In this document: piece after piece, positions 1 to 18,908 of the stretch | Position numbering within the stretch: position 1 is the stretch's first letter | Layout: each line of letters opens with the position of its first letter | Source of the DNA: Eledone cirrhosa | Lineage: Eukaryota | Reading direction: 5' to 3' | NCBI GenBank assembly: GCA_964016885.1 | Contig: OZ024746.1 | Span: forward strand, 33,232,001-33,296,000 | DNA: 64,000 nucleotides | Position numbers and translations under genes: made by a program | Notes under the pieces: model-generated | The model's input: the letters and a program-made list of their open reading frames with translations, nothing else | What the model was told of the DNA's origin: nothing | The model's database searches: none

Positions 1-248
1 TCATAAATAGAGAGAGAGAGAAAGATAGAGAGAAAGGGATAATGGATGTGAGAGAGTAGATTGAAAGAGAGACATAGAGAGATAATATGTATATATATAC
101 ACACACACATATATATGGGCCTTCCAATTTCATTTTACAGTATATACATGTCTCTGTATATTTTAATTATTTAAAATTATTTTTAAGTGCACGTGAGCCA
201 ACCAAAGTTAACCTTGGCGGGATTTGATTGCAGACCGTAATGGGCCGC

Positions 249-249
<1 letters not shown>

Positions 250-332
<83 letters not shown>
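250..332. repeat. (CA)n microsatellite; representative of dozens of (TA)n/(CA)n/(GA)n tracts in the window
   Basis: Pure dinucleotide run; accounts for the poly-HT/poly-VC ORFs in the track. Confidence 0.98.
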
Positions 333-336
<4 letters not shown>

Positions 337-440
337 CACAGAGATATATGTATGTATACATAAATATATATATATACATTTCGTTTCTGAATTTGTTTAG
401 CAAGATTCTTTATATATATACATATATACACATATTTATA

Positions 441-556
<116 letters not shown>

Positions 557-963
557 TAAATATATATATTTTTTCTCTAGGTCGTTTTGGAAGCCTCAAC
601 AATGCAGGTGGGTAATTCTATGGGTAACAAGATCCGGTGGTGGAGAGAGAGATGTAAGTGAATGTAGAATGAGATGTATAGTGTGTAGAAGAACGTAGGA
701 AAGAGCGTAAAAAATAAAAATAATAACACGAGATAGAGTTACTTTGGGACAGATTTTTAATTGTCCCTATATTTCGGAATCACATCCATCAACTGGGGGA
801 TTTTCCGGGGGGGGGGGGGGGGGTTATCTGTCGGATAGGATGGATACGTGTCCTCTGGTGTTTGTTGTTTTGAATAACTGAGGTGTTCAGAAGAGCGTGC
901 GCGCGCGAAATGAGGTCGGTCAAGCAGAGCTCGGCGGCCGAAATAGTTCTTTTAATTGTGGGA

Positions 964-1011
<48 letters not shown>

Positions 1012-1818
1012 TTACGGTAAAGATTGATGCAATTCAATTCAAGCACTCAACGTACGTTTTCCACAGGAATAACAGAGTATATTCAGAATAAGAATATGCA
1101 AAGTAGTTTCAGATGTTAAAGTCCTTTATTGATAAGACTCTGATACATATTTCAATATCGACAGTGGCTACACGATTCTGCGGATCCAGTGCCATGATCT
1201 CAACAGCCAGTTTCTTACATAATAAGGTTACGTTCCCCATGCAATCCAATTTAAAGCGACAAGAGAACGGAACAAGATGATGTTCTTGAAGGCTCCACCC
1301 CTTCCGCCGTGAGCGCTAATTTACCTCCACAGCCTTGTGCAGTTGCAAATGTGAAGGAATTTGACCATCTAACTACTACCCCAAAACATAAGAAAACTAT
1401 CCTAGGCAAGACACCCCCACGAAAAAACCCAATCAATCTCCTCCATCCAGGCCGGAAAGGTGACACGGTCATAGGGTTCATGGCAGCCACTAAGTTGTAC
1501 TTTACTACTAGTCGTACATCCAGTGGCACCAACCGAAACTCTGTGGTAGTTATTGAGTATAATTTTCAATAAATTTCAATACTACCCCTAAATTATGGTT
1601 GGACAATAGAATTGACCATCACCTGCGAAGAGAATATAAACTTAATTCTCGGGTCTAGATATTATGGTTTCACAATGGAATTTAAAATTGGTAATAAGAT
1701 TGAAAATTAAAAATTAAAATTTAAAATCTTGATTGAAGGAAATAAAAAAATATAAAAAATAGGAAGAGGTGTAAATTATAAGTTTGAAATTATATATATA
1801 TTTATATATATTTTCATA

Positions 1819-1922
<104 letters not shown>

Positions 1923-1929
1923 ATATATA

Positions 1930-2918
1930 AGTATTGAAATTTCCGTTGAAAACAGAAAAGGTCATAGAAGTGAAGAGTGCTCTATGTAAGTATCAGAGCA
2001 AAATTTAATGTATAAAAATCAATACAATATAATTACCTTATTACCAGAGGTTTCCCGAATGAGGCGAATACGAAAGAAGCGTCTTCATTCGTTCGTCAGA
2101 CGAGGCAATATAAAACATGGGTAAATACTTGGAAAGTCTCGTCAAGAAAATCAAAAAAAAAAAAAAGATATAGACAAATGAATTAGAATATGAAATATAT
2201 AATAATCTTTCAAGAAATATAGTTAGGTGTGTGTATATGTATGTATATACGCTCACAGATGTGCATATAGGTGTATGCACCTATGTATACGAATAGTGAA
2301 AAATTGTGAAAAATATAAAATATAAAATATAAAATATAAAATATAAAATATAAAATATAAAATATAAAATATAAAATATAAAATTTAGGGCAAATGTATC
2401 TGTATGTCTGTAATCTACAGACAGAATAGATACATCATAAGAATATGAATATGAAGGCGCGCGCATAAACACACCTACACACACGTACACTTAGATGCGG
2501 AAGTAAAAGAGGTAAGGGAGTGTAATAATTAAAGAAAAGTATCAATCTCGATATATTTATAAAAATGGAACAATAATTTAGAAAGAACAAATTTAGAAAG
2601 AAAAAATTAAAGAAAAGAAGACAAAAAAGGGTACATACATACACAGACACGCATATCCCACGGAAGAAACGCAAAAATATACATGCTTATATACACACGC
2701 ACACTTACACATCCATACGTTCGATACGTACACACACACACACACACACACACATACTTACACTCATGCATATTGACCTGTTTGCATGCACACGCATAAA
2801 AATGAGTAAGTAAAAAAAAAGGTGGGGGGGGGAGAAGAAAAAAGGAACAAAACATAAAACCTAGATGTCAAAACACGGATATAAAGACACATACACGTAC
2901 CCATACACATATACACAC

Positions 2919-2990
<72 letters not shown>

Positions 2991-3978
2991 GCACGCGCGC
3001 GCCTCATACGTAGTCGCTCATGTACATATATAGAAAGTATACACACATTAAGGCGTTCAGCCATATTGATACAGGGTATAAAAAACTTGTCGATAAGTAA
3101 GTACAAATATAAAATTGTAAGATTGGCTGCGTAAAAATAAAAAAATAAAAATAAAAATGAAAAATATATCTGGATTGGAAAACACAAAAGTAGTGTTTCC
3201 TAGCATGCAAGATGACATTCTCTTCAATATCGGAGATATTAGTAAACCCGCTAGCGAAATTTAAAGCTTTCGCTAAAAGGGTCTGAGTGATAGATGGGTA
3301 GAAATCTACAATGACAAATTGGGTGAATCTAGAACTATTTTTGTTTTTAATATTATTAAACCAATGTACTACGGAAGAGCTATTTATCCATTGGAGTAAT
3401 TTAGACTTACTTCTAATGTGTGTATTTAATTTATTTAAAATTTTTTTGCTGGCAAGACCAATATCAGTCTTAGCAGGGTTGATTAATCTACAATTAGGAC
3501 GATTAATAAAGTCGGGTTTATGATCTTTAAGGGTGATATACGCAGAACGTTTAGCAAGTTTTTCTGTCCTATTATCTATTTTTAAAGAAACAGCTAATTC
3601 TTTAGCTTCCTTATTTATATTATGGTACGTATTTATATTAGCTATTTGGTATTTAGAGGTGATATTATCTATTAATAGTTGGGCGTGTAAATTATTATTA
3701 ACTTCATATAGGTTTTTAGTTTTATCGGAGAAGATGAACTTATTATTAGAAGATTTGAAAGTTGAAATATCATTAGATAATTGAGATTGAAAAGGGTTAG
3801 AGTACTTACGAAAATTGATATTGTTGATTAGGTTAACTAGGTCTAATTCAAAGGCGGTCATATCTTTTACTCTTTGCGGGTATTTATGAGTTTTGATGTC
3901 AAAATATTCCGTAGAATCCGTGTTAAATTGTCCATCGAGAATCAAAGCTTTCCATCTCATTCTTTTAACAACCTTCTT
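1930..3978 (-). mobile_element. Penelope-like element (Naiad-like), internally deleted: N-terminal RT region plus 3' UTR with HHR
   Basis: ORF 3004-3960 has MRWKA, FELDL, SDKTKNLY, TLKDHKPDF, CRLINPAK, QFVIVDFYPSI. Homology stops near 3190 and is followed by an AT-rich 3' region with an HHR, then (TA)n. Confidence 0.85.
2032..2108 (-). ncRNA. Type I hammerhead ribozyme
   Basis: Minus strand: UUGCCUCGU-CUGACGA-aCGAAUGA...UCAUUCGg-GAAA-CC ucu GG-UA/AUAAGGUAA; predicted cleavage after GUA, between 2042 and 2041. Confidence 0.75.
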
Positions 3979-4493
3979 TTATATATATATAAGGGATAAC
4001 AAATTATCGTTATAGGTAATCCAGTTAGAGGTTGTGAATACTCCGTATTGTGGATAGTTTTAGCGTTCGGCGTTGTTTGACTCAACAAGTAGTTTCATTA
4101 GGTAGCGAGTTTGTGAGTTCTCGGGAATTCCTATGCAAGTTAATCTTGGAGTAATAATAGAGAAAGAGTGAAGAATAACATGGTCAACAGTACAAAAAGG
4201 GTTGTATTTACAGTATTAACAATTGTTTTATTGATTAAGTTGTCTAAAAATTGCTAATCACTTTAAGTTGAGTCACTCAATTTTAAATACAATGTATTCT
4301 TAACCAAATCATCAGAAAAACTTATTAAAATTTTACACGGCGTTTGTAATATACTAGGGAAATTCAAATTACAACATCAGTAATAAAGAAAGGAAAAGAG
4401 AAAAATAAGAAAAAGATAGAAACAAAAAGAAAGAACAAAAAGAAAAAAAGATAAAGAAAAAGAAAAGGAAAAAGAAAAAATGATGAATAAATA

Positions 4494-4683
4494 ATTGTTT
4501 CTACTTTTGGCACAAGGCCAGCAATTATTCCAGTACATTACTGGTACTTTATTTTATCGACCCCGTAAGAATGAAAGGCAAAGTTAACCTCGGCGGGATT
4601 TGAACTCAGAATGGCAAGGCCCGTAACACCATGCCTCAAAGCATGGTGTCTGACCCTCTACCGATACTGCCAATCCACCGTCC
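4494..4683 (-). mobile_element. tRNA-derived SINE with Nin/Deu-like central domain
   Basis: Reverse complement reads GGTGGATTGGCAGTATCGGTAG...GAGTTCAAATCCCGCCGAGGTTAACTTTGCCTTTCATTCTTACGGGGTCGATAAAATAAAGTACCAG...GTAGAAACAATT; more than 10 copies in the window. Confidence 0.85.
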
Positions 4684-5495
4684 AAATGATGAATAAATAA
4701 TAATAAATAAGTTATAATGAAGATGATAAAAAGTAACTAAAATGTTTTTGTATGTATGCGAAGAAAAGTGAACATAATATGATTGATGAAAATAGTTGTG
4801 GTGTTGGTGGTTAAAATATAAAGATGTGATGGTATAAACATGAAAATACTAAATATATACATATATGTATTGGTTAAATTAATAAATTAATAAATTGGAA
4901 GTTATGTTAGAAGTGAAGAGAATACGATAGGATATAATGTAAGAGGTGAAATAGATTTAGGGAAAGAGAGTGACAGAGAGAAAAGTTAGGAGGTTATGAT
5001 GTTGATTCATTGATTAGTTGATTTATTGACAGTTAATAATAACAATAATGGGTTATTATAATAGACTCAGGTTGGATCGAATCAAGTTGGTTTGAAATTA
5101 GCGAATTTAGTAGCAGCTTTATGCCTACAGAAAATTGACCGCTCAATTTTGCTGTTAAGCAGCATTTTGTCATATTTTAAAATATGGAGCAACTCCATAT
5201 TGCAAATTACGCTGTAGGCTTTTGTCCCTGACAATTTCGACTAGCTAATCCAGTATTCTTGGTTTGTATCTTTAAGCTACAAGTTAATAATGAAAATTAA
5301 TAATTATAAACCTACTTTCAAAATCAAGGTGGTGTCGTTCATGGCTTTCCTAGAGCTATTAGTCATATTTAGGGTCAACTTGTCAATCTGCTGGCTTCTT
5401 TGGTAACAAACTTATTATTTCTATGCGTGATTAACAGTTGAATTAATTTAATTTTATTATTTTACCTGACAAATAATATATATATATATATTTAC

Positions 5496-10082
<4,587 letters not shown>

Positions 10083-10829
10083 TATATATATAAATCAACA
10101 TATAAATATCTATACACACACAACGGAATTTCATTTAGTAGGGTTGGGTGAACCAAGTTTACTTATGTCCAAGATGCCATGCAACCATATATATTAATCG
10201 GGACCAAGTATGTATGTATCTATCTATGTATATTTGCATATATCTATTTATATATGTATTCATGTATATATATATTCATGTATGTATGTATTTATCTATG
10301 TATTTATATGTATATTTATGTACACACATATATACATATATATATATACATATATATATACATACATATATATATATACATATATATATACAAATATACA
10401 TATATATATACATATATGTGTGTACACACATATATGTATATATGTGTGTATGTATCCATTCTTGTATGTATGTAAAAATGAGTATAGGTATGTATGCATG
10501 CATATATATATATATTTGTGTGTCCATGTGTGTATGTGTGTTTGTCTGCTTACGTATAAAAACAAATAATCCATTATGTTCAGTTCCTATCCTAGAATAG
10601 AAATAAGCAATTGCAATATACGAAGAAAATATTGCCCTAAAATCTTTTAATTAGAAAAACGCCTATCATATTGTTGAGAGAGATTACATTTTGGCTGACG
10701 TCCATTTTGATTTTGAAGGACTCTCTCTCTCTGCTAAGCAAATCTATATTTTAAAATAAGAAATAAATGCACGCTCATTGGCTTCCATCGATTCAAAAGA
10801 CCGATCGCAATCTCAAATAAATAATATAT

Positions 10830-11026
10830 TTTCTTCTTCTTCTTCTTCTTCTTCTTCTTCTTCTTCTTCTTCTTCTTCTTCTTCTTCTTCTTCTTCTTCT
10901 TCTTCTTCTTCTTCTTCTTCTTCTTCTTCTTCTTCTTCTTCTTCTTCTTCTTCTTCTTCTTCTTCTTCTTCTTCTTCTTCTTCTTCTTCTTCTTCTTCTT
11001 CTTCTTCTTCTTCTTCTTCTTCTTCA
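10830..11026. repeat. (TTC)n microsatellite
   Basis: Pure trinucleotide run; explains the poly-K, poly-S and poly-E ORFs. Confidence 0.98.
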
Positions 11027-11577
11027 CCGTTATTATTACTATTATCATTATTGCCATTGCTGTTCTTGTTTTTGTTCTTTTCGTTTTCCTGTTCATCTTT
11101 CTGTATGATCATTCAAACGTAATAAACGAAAATGGTGATAGCAAAGGCAGCCAAAATATAATCTTAAAACTTCACGAATAACTAAAGTACCGCACAAGAA
11201 TGACAAGATGAATATGCACTAAACCTGCTCATGCGTATTAGGTGCATTTTGAAGCGTAGTCAAAATGTCATCTGACCTTCATCAACTATGAAATTTGCCA
11301 TCGAATATCAACATTCTTAAACTATTTTTGATGTTAGAAGTGAACGTTCATTGGGAGCCAACACAACTCTCATTTATTCAGTTCTTAATTACTATAAAAC
11401 TTGTTCAAGCATGCCTCGCGTGCTGGGTCGATGGGGGAAATAAAGTTGGTTGCTGTATCATTCTACATATAAAGAAATACGTGTGCTGCAGTGTTTATGA
11501 ATGGAAAGTCTATAGCAGCCAACGAGGAAATATAAATATACATTAATTCATATATATGCATAGGTGTCTGTGGGCTG

Positions 11578-11665
<88 letters not shown>

Positions 11666-11760
11666 TATATACATATATATCTACATACATACACACACAC
11701 ACATATATATATATACACACACATATATATATATATATATACATATATATAAGTATATAT

Positions 11761-11845
<85 letters not shown>

Positions 11846-11880
11846 TATATATGTATTTATATATATATAAATATATACTT

Positions 11881-11956
<76 letters not shown>

Positions 11957-12123
11957 CTATATCTATTCATATATAAACACCCATACCTACTCACACACAT
12001 ATGTATGTATTTTGTGTATATTACTCCATCATTATTATATGAAGTTTTAGCTTCTATGCATAGGAAGAGATGTATTTTTAACTACACACCTCACACATAC
12101 TGAGAAAGTAAGGTAAAAGACAT

Positions 12124-12158
<35 letters not shown>

Positions 12159-12669
12159 CACATATATGTGAATTGTATGTATAATATATATGTGTGTGTA
12201 TATGTGTGAGTGTCTGTGTATGCATGCGTGTGTCTGTGGTCGCGTGTATGTAGGCGGGTCTAGGTATATGCGAACGCACTTACACACATCAATACTTTGT
12301 TTATTTTTATCTGGCTGTGTGATTCTGCTATTTGGTAGTAGTTAAAGAATGTGATGGAAATTTCCAGTCCACTAACTGCACTACTCACTTCATATCTACG
12401 ATTATTTCCTGTTAAATTGTGTTCTTTCTGCCGTCAAAGCAAAATCTGAGAAACGCTTATGTCTTCGCTATGAATATGACAATTTTGGCCAGAACAAAAT
12501 AGATTTATTTCTCTTTATTTATTTTTTAGTGCCAATTCTCTCATAGCAATAAGATATAGCATGGCCAGTTTATCTTACGCAGTATGTTATTACACGTAGA
12601 ATTTAATAAAACATGTACAGTCTAAGTAGATTTCTATTTTTATTTCCTCCGTCATGATTACCATTATTA

Positions 12670-12703
<34 letters not shown>

Positions 12704-12913
12704 CATAATATTATTATTATTGATATTAGAATATTGTTTTTGTTGATTCTTGTTTTTGCTGATGCTTGTTGTTGTTGATGGAGGTGCTGTTATGCTTATT
12801 ACATTACCTGTTTATTTTCTAGCCATTTTCTCATTTATGTTCATTGAAATGGGTATAGAGAGAGATGTTTGCATGTATGAATTTATATATGGTTATCTAT
12901 ACATATAATATAA

Positions 12914-12965
<52 letters not shown>

Positions 12966-12984
12966 GCCTTTATGGTAAATAAAG

Positions 12985-13035
<51 letters not shown>

Positions 13036-13538
13036 AATATATGTGTGGTGTATATATACATATAAGAAAAAATCATGTTACACATCTACAACAATATATA
13101 TATATCCTACTCTCTTCCCCGTCTCTCTCTCCCTCTCCCCCTCTCTCTCTCTATACACACACACACACATATATATATATATATGTGTGTATATATATAT
13201 ATTATGCAATATATATATTGTCTTTGTATTATTCTCTTCTAACATTTTCGATTTATTAGTATGCTTTCATTCGAGTAGAAGTAATCCTTGTTGTTATATT
13301 GTGCAATATAAAGGTTCAAATCCGAGTAAAGACTACTAGTTTATATTGGGGTTGTGAGAGGAAGTTTATTTTTTCCCTCATCTCCTTTATTAATCTCCTA
13401 ACTAAAACATATAGTGGCAGTGCAAATCTATTTAAACAATAATACTGCATCTGTGACATTTAACCGATCATAGAATCCTATGGCGGACATTCACCATTTT
13501 TTAGTTCTATTTCAACCGAATAAGAATTGCCGTCTAAT

Positions 13539-13723
13539 AATTGTTTCTACATTAGGCACAAGGCCAGCAATTACCCAGTACATTACTGGTACCTTATTTT
13601 ATCGACCCCGTAAGGATGAAAGGCAATGTTAACCTTGGCAGGATTTGAACTCAGATCGTAAGGGGACGTAACTATGCTGGAAAGCATGTCCGACCCTCTA
13701 CCGATACTGCCAATTCACCGCCC
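13539..13723 (-). mobile_element. tRNA/Nin-type SINE
   Basis: Same family as 4494-4683. Confidence 0.85.
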
Positions 13724-14382
13724 TAATAATAACTTCATTGCGGTGTTCGTTACTAACGGCGAAGACGCTAACTCTCGGAAATTGCTCACAAGAAACAACG
13801 GCTTTCAAGAAAGGTGAGTTCCACATGGAAGTATATATTATGAGTCCAGCTTAAGTTGCAGTTGGTTTATGTGCAATACCATTGAATCAATTGAATACAG
13901 CTGCGTTACAGCTCAGTTCACCTAAATCAGTTTACGCGAAACGATAACTTAATGGCATCAATAATACACACTCAATAAATTAATATTGGGGTTGGGGTTG
14001 GGTGGGGGTAATCTTGACTCTAAATTTGTGCTCAGGAATGATATTCCGTTTTAAATATGGTCGCGGACGTAAATATGTGAATCGCGTGTAAAGGCCATCC
14101 ATGCGGCCTTCTTGAAGAAGTATGCTTATTTGATTAATTGCGCTTCTAGTTGACGTTTGTTTGTTCTTCCGAGATATATAAGGAGGTTCATTTTTATATT
14201 CACTTCCTTAGAAAGATATCACATAGGTTTGGGTCAGACATAAGAATAACAAATCTAGACTTATTCTGACGGCCATCATAAGTCTAGTTTTAGCCACATG
14301 TGATTGGTAAACTTGCTTCGCAGTTTGGAGTAAATTTTAACCTCATACACACACAGACACACACCCAAACATACACAAAGGA

Positions 14383-14413
<31 letters not shown>

Positions 14414-14825
14414 GTGGGCTTATATGTATGTATGCGTTCCTGTGATTATATTTCCTTATCAGAAATTCGACAAAAAGGATCCATTAAAATAATTACTGTT
14501 GTGAGGGTAGTCAACTAAATCCATGGAAATTGGTGTCTCAACATGGCCGCTGTCTAATGAGTAAAACCTGTAAAAGAATAACCGAATTAAAAAATGACAC
14601 ACATGTATTTCGTTGTTCAGCTTTCAGAAATTATTTTAGTTTCAGTACACCTAAAACACAATTTTACAGCCCTCACACAAAACTTGTTACAAGCTGTCAC
14701 AATAGTATATATATATATTCTATTGTGACAGCTTGTGACAAGTTTTGTACACAGTATACAAGTATACACACACACACACACACACATACACACACACACA
14801 AACACACACATATATATATATATAT

Positions 14826-15165
14826 GAAATAAAATAAAAATGGCGTAGACATTACAATACAATACAACAGAAGGGAACATAATAATAGTACCACTGATGA
14901 TGTTGCAGATGTGCCACGAAAGAATTTTGATAGACTATATATATATATTTATATCTGTATTTTTAACCGTTGGTACATCAATGATAAACGTTGATTGCCA
15001 AATAAATTAACTATGGAGATATCAGAATACAGAAGCGAAAACCAACCAAACAGTGAGTGTGTTCTGTTATTATTTCTAGCAATATTTTTACAACAATATG
15101 ACCCTCCCCAAGTATAACAATAATTGTTTTGACACACGATTTCATATCAAAAACAACCTTGAAGA
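14826..15165 (+). mobile_element. Solo pLTR of the Neptune/Nematis-like PLE with a degenerate HHR (14886-14932)
   Basis: Homologous to 27115-27365; CCA-CUGAUGA-uGUUGCA gaug UGCCAC-GAAA. Confidence 0.75.
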
Positions 15166-15203
15166 AAAAAAAAAAATATATATATATATATATAAATATA
15201 TTT

Positions 15204-15320
15204 GAAGGCGTGTGGCTGAGTGGTTAGAGAATTAGATTCACAATGTTGAGGTTGTGAGTTCGATTCTTGGACAGGGCGATGCGTTATATCCTTGAGGAAG
15301 ACATTTTATTTCACGTTGCA
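15204..15320 (+). mobile_element. tRNA-derived SINE head with CORE-like segment
   Basis: A box TGGCTGAGTGG and B box GTTCGATTC, followed by TCCTTGAGGAAGACATTTTATTTCAC; no full tRNA cloverleaf. Confidence 0.7.
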
Positions 15321-15438
15321 CCTTCTACCTGGAGTTGCGACCGATAGATAGTATTAGCAACTGGAAAGACCGACGAAAACATTGTTTCCTCGGTCCGATT
15401 TGACGAAAGTCAATCGATATATATATATATATATATTA

Positions 15439-16102
15439 CTAGACACTGTACGGCTTAATTCGTGATGTTTGTTTACAAACACACCGAGCATTATAATACA
15501 TGTTCGGTGAATCCATACGTACATATATATGTGTGCATGTATGTATATATATATATGCATACTACTGTATGTCTGTATACATATATGTATGTACGTATAC
15601 ATACTTATATTTAAGTAACAGCCGTACTAAGAGTGAGAAATGAAATTTCGTTTCATTTTTTCCGTTTATCGTTTTCGGTACCCCGGCCGATTAACTCACT
15701 CGATATGCAAATTAGGCTGCTCAGCCGTTAATATGCATAAGGAAAGTATATACTTTCAGACGTTCAACCATCTGGCAGGAAGGTATACGTTGCTGACGAT
15801 AGCTAATAAGCTTGAAACTAGTACAGTGTTCCTTTGTCAGGGTTGAACAAATGAGCAACGATGGTTGCTAGACACTGTACGGCTTAATTCGGGATGTTTG
15901 TTTACAAACACACTGAGCATTATAATAAATGTTCGGTGAATCCATACGTACATATATATATATATATGTGTGCATGTATGTATATATATATATATACATA
16001 CTACTGTACGTCTGTATACATATATGTATGTACGTATACATACTTATATTTAAGTAACAGCCGTACTAAGAGTGAGAAATGAAATTTCGTTTCATTTCTT
16101 CC

Positions 16103-16108
<6 letters not shown>
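15439..16108 (+). repeat. Partial tandem of a 429-bp unit (about 1.55 copies) between (TA)n tracts, HHR-bearing
   Basis: CTAGACACTGTACGGCTTAATTCG at 15439 and 15868. Confidence 0.9.
15788..15828 (+). ncRNA. Minimal type I hammerhead ribozyme
   Basis: CGUUG-CUGACGA-uAGCU aaua AGCUu-GAAAC ua GUA/CAGUG; palindromic ACUAGU; predicted cleavage after 15823. Confidence 0.8.
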
Positions 16109-16139
<31 letters not shown>

Positions 16140-16219
16140 TTAAAGGTTAATCAGTCTCTAATACGTAAACATCTCAATGAGAGAAATTTGTGAGAGAAGC
16201 AATATTATATGTTAAAATT

Positions 16220-16407
16220 AGGGCGGTGGATTGGCAGTATCGGTAGAGGGTCGGACGTCATGCTTTCCAGCATAGTTACGTCCCTTTACGATCTGAGTTC
16301 AAATCTCGACGAGGTTGACTTTGTCTTTCATCCTTACGGGGTCGATAAAATAAAGTGCCAGTAATGCACTGGGTAATTGCTGGCCGTGTGCCTAAAGTAG
16401 AAACATT
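16220..16407 (+). mobile_element. tRNA/Nin-type SINE
   Basis: Full-length family copy, GGGCGGTGGATTGGCAGTATCGG...AAGTAGAAAC. Confidence 0.85.
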
Positions 16408-18051
16408 TATGTTAAAATTAAATGAAAAAACCCTCTATTTCTGGGAGTAGAAACAAGATATTCTATCTAACTATGCTTATATATAGATCTCTCTACCATG
16501 GTTTTATATGGGGTTGATTATTATTGGAACCACCAATAAGTTAGAATCCGCTACACTCTTCATGGGAGTTTAATTCTTCAAGAGCTAAGAGAAATTGAAA
16601 AAGATATAATACACACTGTTTCATTTACCGAGGCAGCATGGTGAAAAAAACAAAACAAAAAACAAACACACGTAGTGTTCCATTCTCAAAATCTAGGATA
16701 TGAGGACTACTTGACAGGCTTATAATGTTGCTAGAAATAACAGCCTAAAGACCGTCTGGTATTTGAGAAAATAGTAATCAATACCGAAGTAGAATTTTTA
16801 ACATTCAGTTTTTAAATGTTAATTAGAGAGTCTTCTTATTCTGGAGATTCACCTTTTTATAACAGTGTCATCACATTCTAATTACCGAAACTCCGGAGTA
16901 ACAAGACCCATTATTTAGCCATAATAAGATGAGTATATATATATATATATTAATATATATATATATAAATATATATATATTACTAATGTATGATATAGAA
17001 ATAAATGATTATACAACGTATAATATGAATTTGACCCTTGAAATATCACGTCGTCCACTTGGATTGCAGAATGATTTGAGCTAGTAAAATATATCTTATT
17101 CCTGAATAAACTTTTGTTAGTATTCCATTTGTATATTTAATTCCTCTTCCACTTTCATTATGTCTGTGTGTTTAATATAATTCTTGCTGTTTGATTATAC
17201 TTATCTTTGCCTACGTAAATTCTTTTCTGGATTTTCTCTTTGTTTATGGCAATACCACTAATGTAACCGTTTCTGGTGTGAGATCTCAGAAATACTGTAC
17301 GTAAAATCATTGTTTTCTCTTTCAGATATTTCTTTATATTTTTGTCTTGTTTTAACAAGTTCTGTTTTGAGAATATTAAACTTCAGATGTTTTGCTTCTC
17401 TCATCAAATTCAGTTATTTTATTTTATTAAGCTTTTCCTGTTGTTGATTTGATTTGGTTTTTGCAATTCTATTTTTATTCCACCCCCTGCAACCTTACTC
17501 GTTATACGAAAGTCTTTAATCTCTGTTGTAATATTATTGATCGAACGCTTATATTTCGAAATGAAGGTTAATGGAAAAACTTCGACTTAAACGTTTCCGA
17601 TGTCGTGTAGTTGTTTCAATCTTGTTGCCATCTCAATTTACTTCAAGTTATTACCACGAAGACATCGTAAAATAAAGATTAAAATTTAAATTCGATGGAA
17701 ATAATTCAAAACACTCAGTAAATAAAATTGTTCCGAAACTATGGAACTGTCGAAGAAAAGTTTGATTAATAAATTGGAATTCTAAAATAAACTCAAACTT
17801 TACCGTAGTAGATTATATAACACACACATAAAGGCTGGAATTACATAAAATGTATTTATAATGTCTTCGAAATCGACAAGGTTTTAAAGAAATACGGAAG
17901 CGTAACTGACGAATTGTTACTCTACTTAGGAAGGATGCCTCTCGATGATAGTTAATTTATCGGAACGATTAAATTACATCACGATTCTCACTCATGTGAA
18001 CACACATTAACATTCGGAAAGCACACACGTACATGCATATATACATAATAC

Positions 18052-18278
18052 ATGTATGTATGTATGTATGTATGTATGTATGTATGTATGTATGTATGTA
18101 TGTATGTATGTATGTATGTATGTATGTATGTATGTATGTATGTATGCATGTATGCATGTATGCATGTATGCATGTATGCATGTATGTATGTATGTATGTA
18201 TGCATGTATGTATGTATGTATGTATGTATGTATGTATGTATGTATGTATGTATGTATGTATGTATGTATGTATGTATG
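18052..18278. repeat. (TATG)n/(TGCA) compound microsatellite
   Basis: Tetranucleotide run. Confidence 0.97.
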
Positions 18279-18399
18279 TTTACTAAATAAAACAAACAAA
18301 TTACAGGGTGCAATTTTACACAGTTATATTAGGTATATGTGTGTACACAGATACCTCTCTGAAGATGGAATTTGAATAACAACCTTTGTTTTCCTTTTT

Positions 18400-18430
<31 letters not shown>

Positions 18431-18436
<6 letters not shown>

Positions 18437-18855
18437 ATGATATTAATAAATGGAAACTATATTTATAAAACCATATTTATTTTATTATATAAATTTCAAA
18501 GGTTACCAACATTTTGGTACGCTTTCATCAGATAAAATACAAAATTTGTTTTCTAAATGATGACATACCCAAGAAACCAAACCTCATCGGTTCAGGTTCA
18601 GTTTGATTTCTTGGGTATGTCACCATTTATAAAACAAATTTTGTATTTTATCTGATGAGGGCGTACCAACATTTTGGTACCCATGAAATATATATAATAA
18701 AATAAATATGGTTTTATAAATATAGTTTACATTTATTAATATCATTGATATTATACTCCAGAAAACTTGTAGAATTCTTCGAATCTTCGAATCTTCGAAT
18801 CTGTTATAAATAAAAATTTATTTGTTGAATAACCAACAAATTAAATATCTTTTTG

Positions 18856-18860
<5 letters not shown>
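18431..18860. mobile_element. Fold-back (inverted-repeat) insertion in (TA)n with an HHR-like motif in each arm
   Basis: 18431-18583 is inverted to 18601-18751. Plus arm: UAUUUUAU-CUGAUGA(18652-18658)-GG..GUACCA acauuu UGGUAC CC..-GAAA-UAUAUA-UA/AUAAAAUA. Minus arm has TCATCAG at 18525-18531. Confidence 0.75.

Positions 18861-18908
<48 letters not shown>

Noticed and set aside
1040-1210. HHR-like fragments on the minus strand (GAAAACGUACGUU; CUGUUGA...GAAAUAUGUAUC)
   Set aside because: Core mutated and no consistent stem I
4309-4315. Isolated CUGAUGA matches (here on the minus strand; also near 47796 on the plus strand)
   Set aside because: No stem II, GAAA or cleavage triplet in context
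15204-15280. tRNA gene
   Set aside because: A and B boxes are present but the stems are degenerate and it continues into a SINE body
17150-17650. Minus-strand Lys/Asn-rich broken frames, possibly a retroelement N-terminus
   Set aside because: No diagnostic motif could be identified
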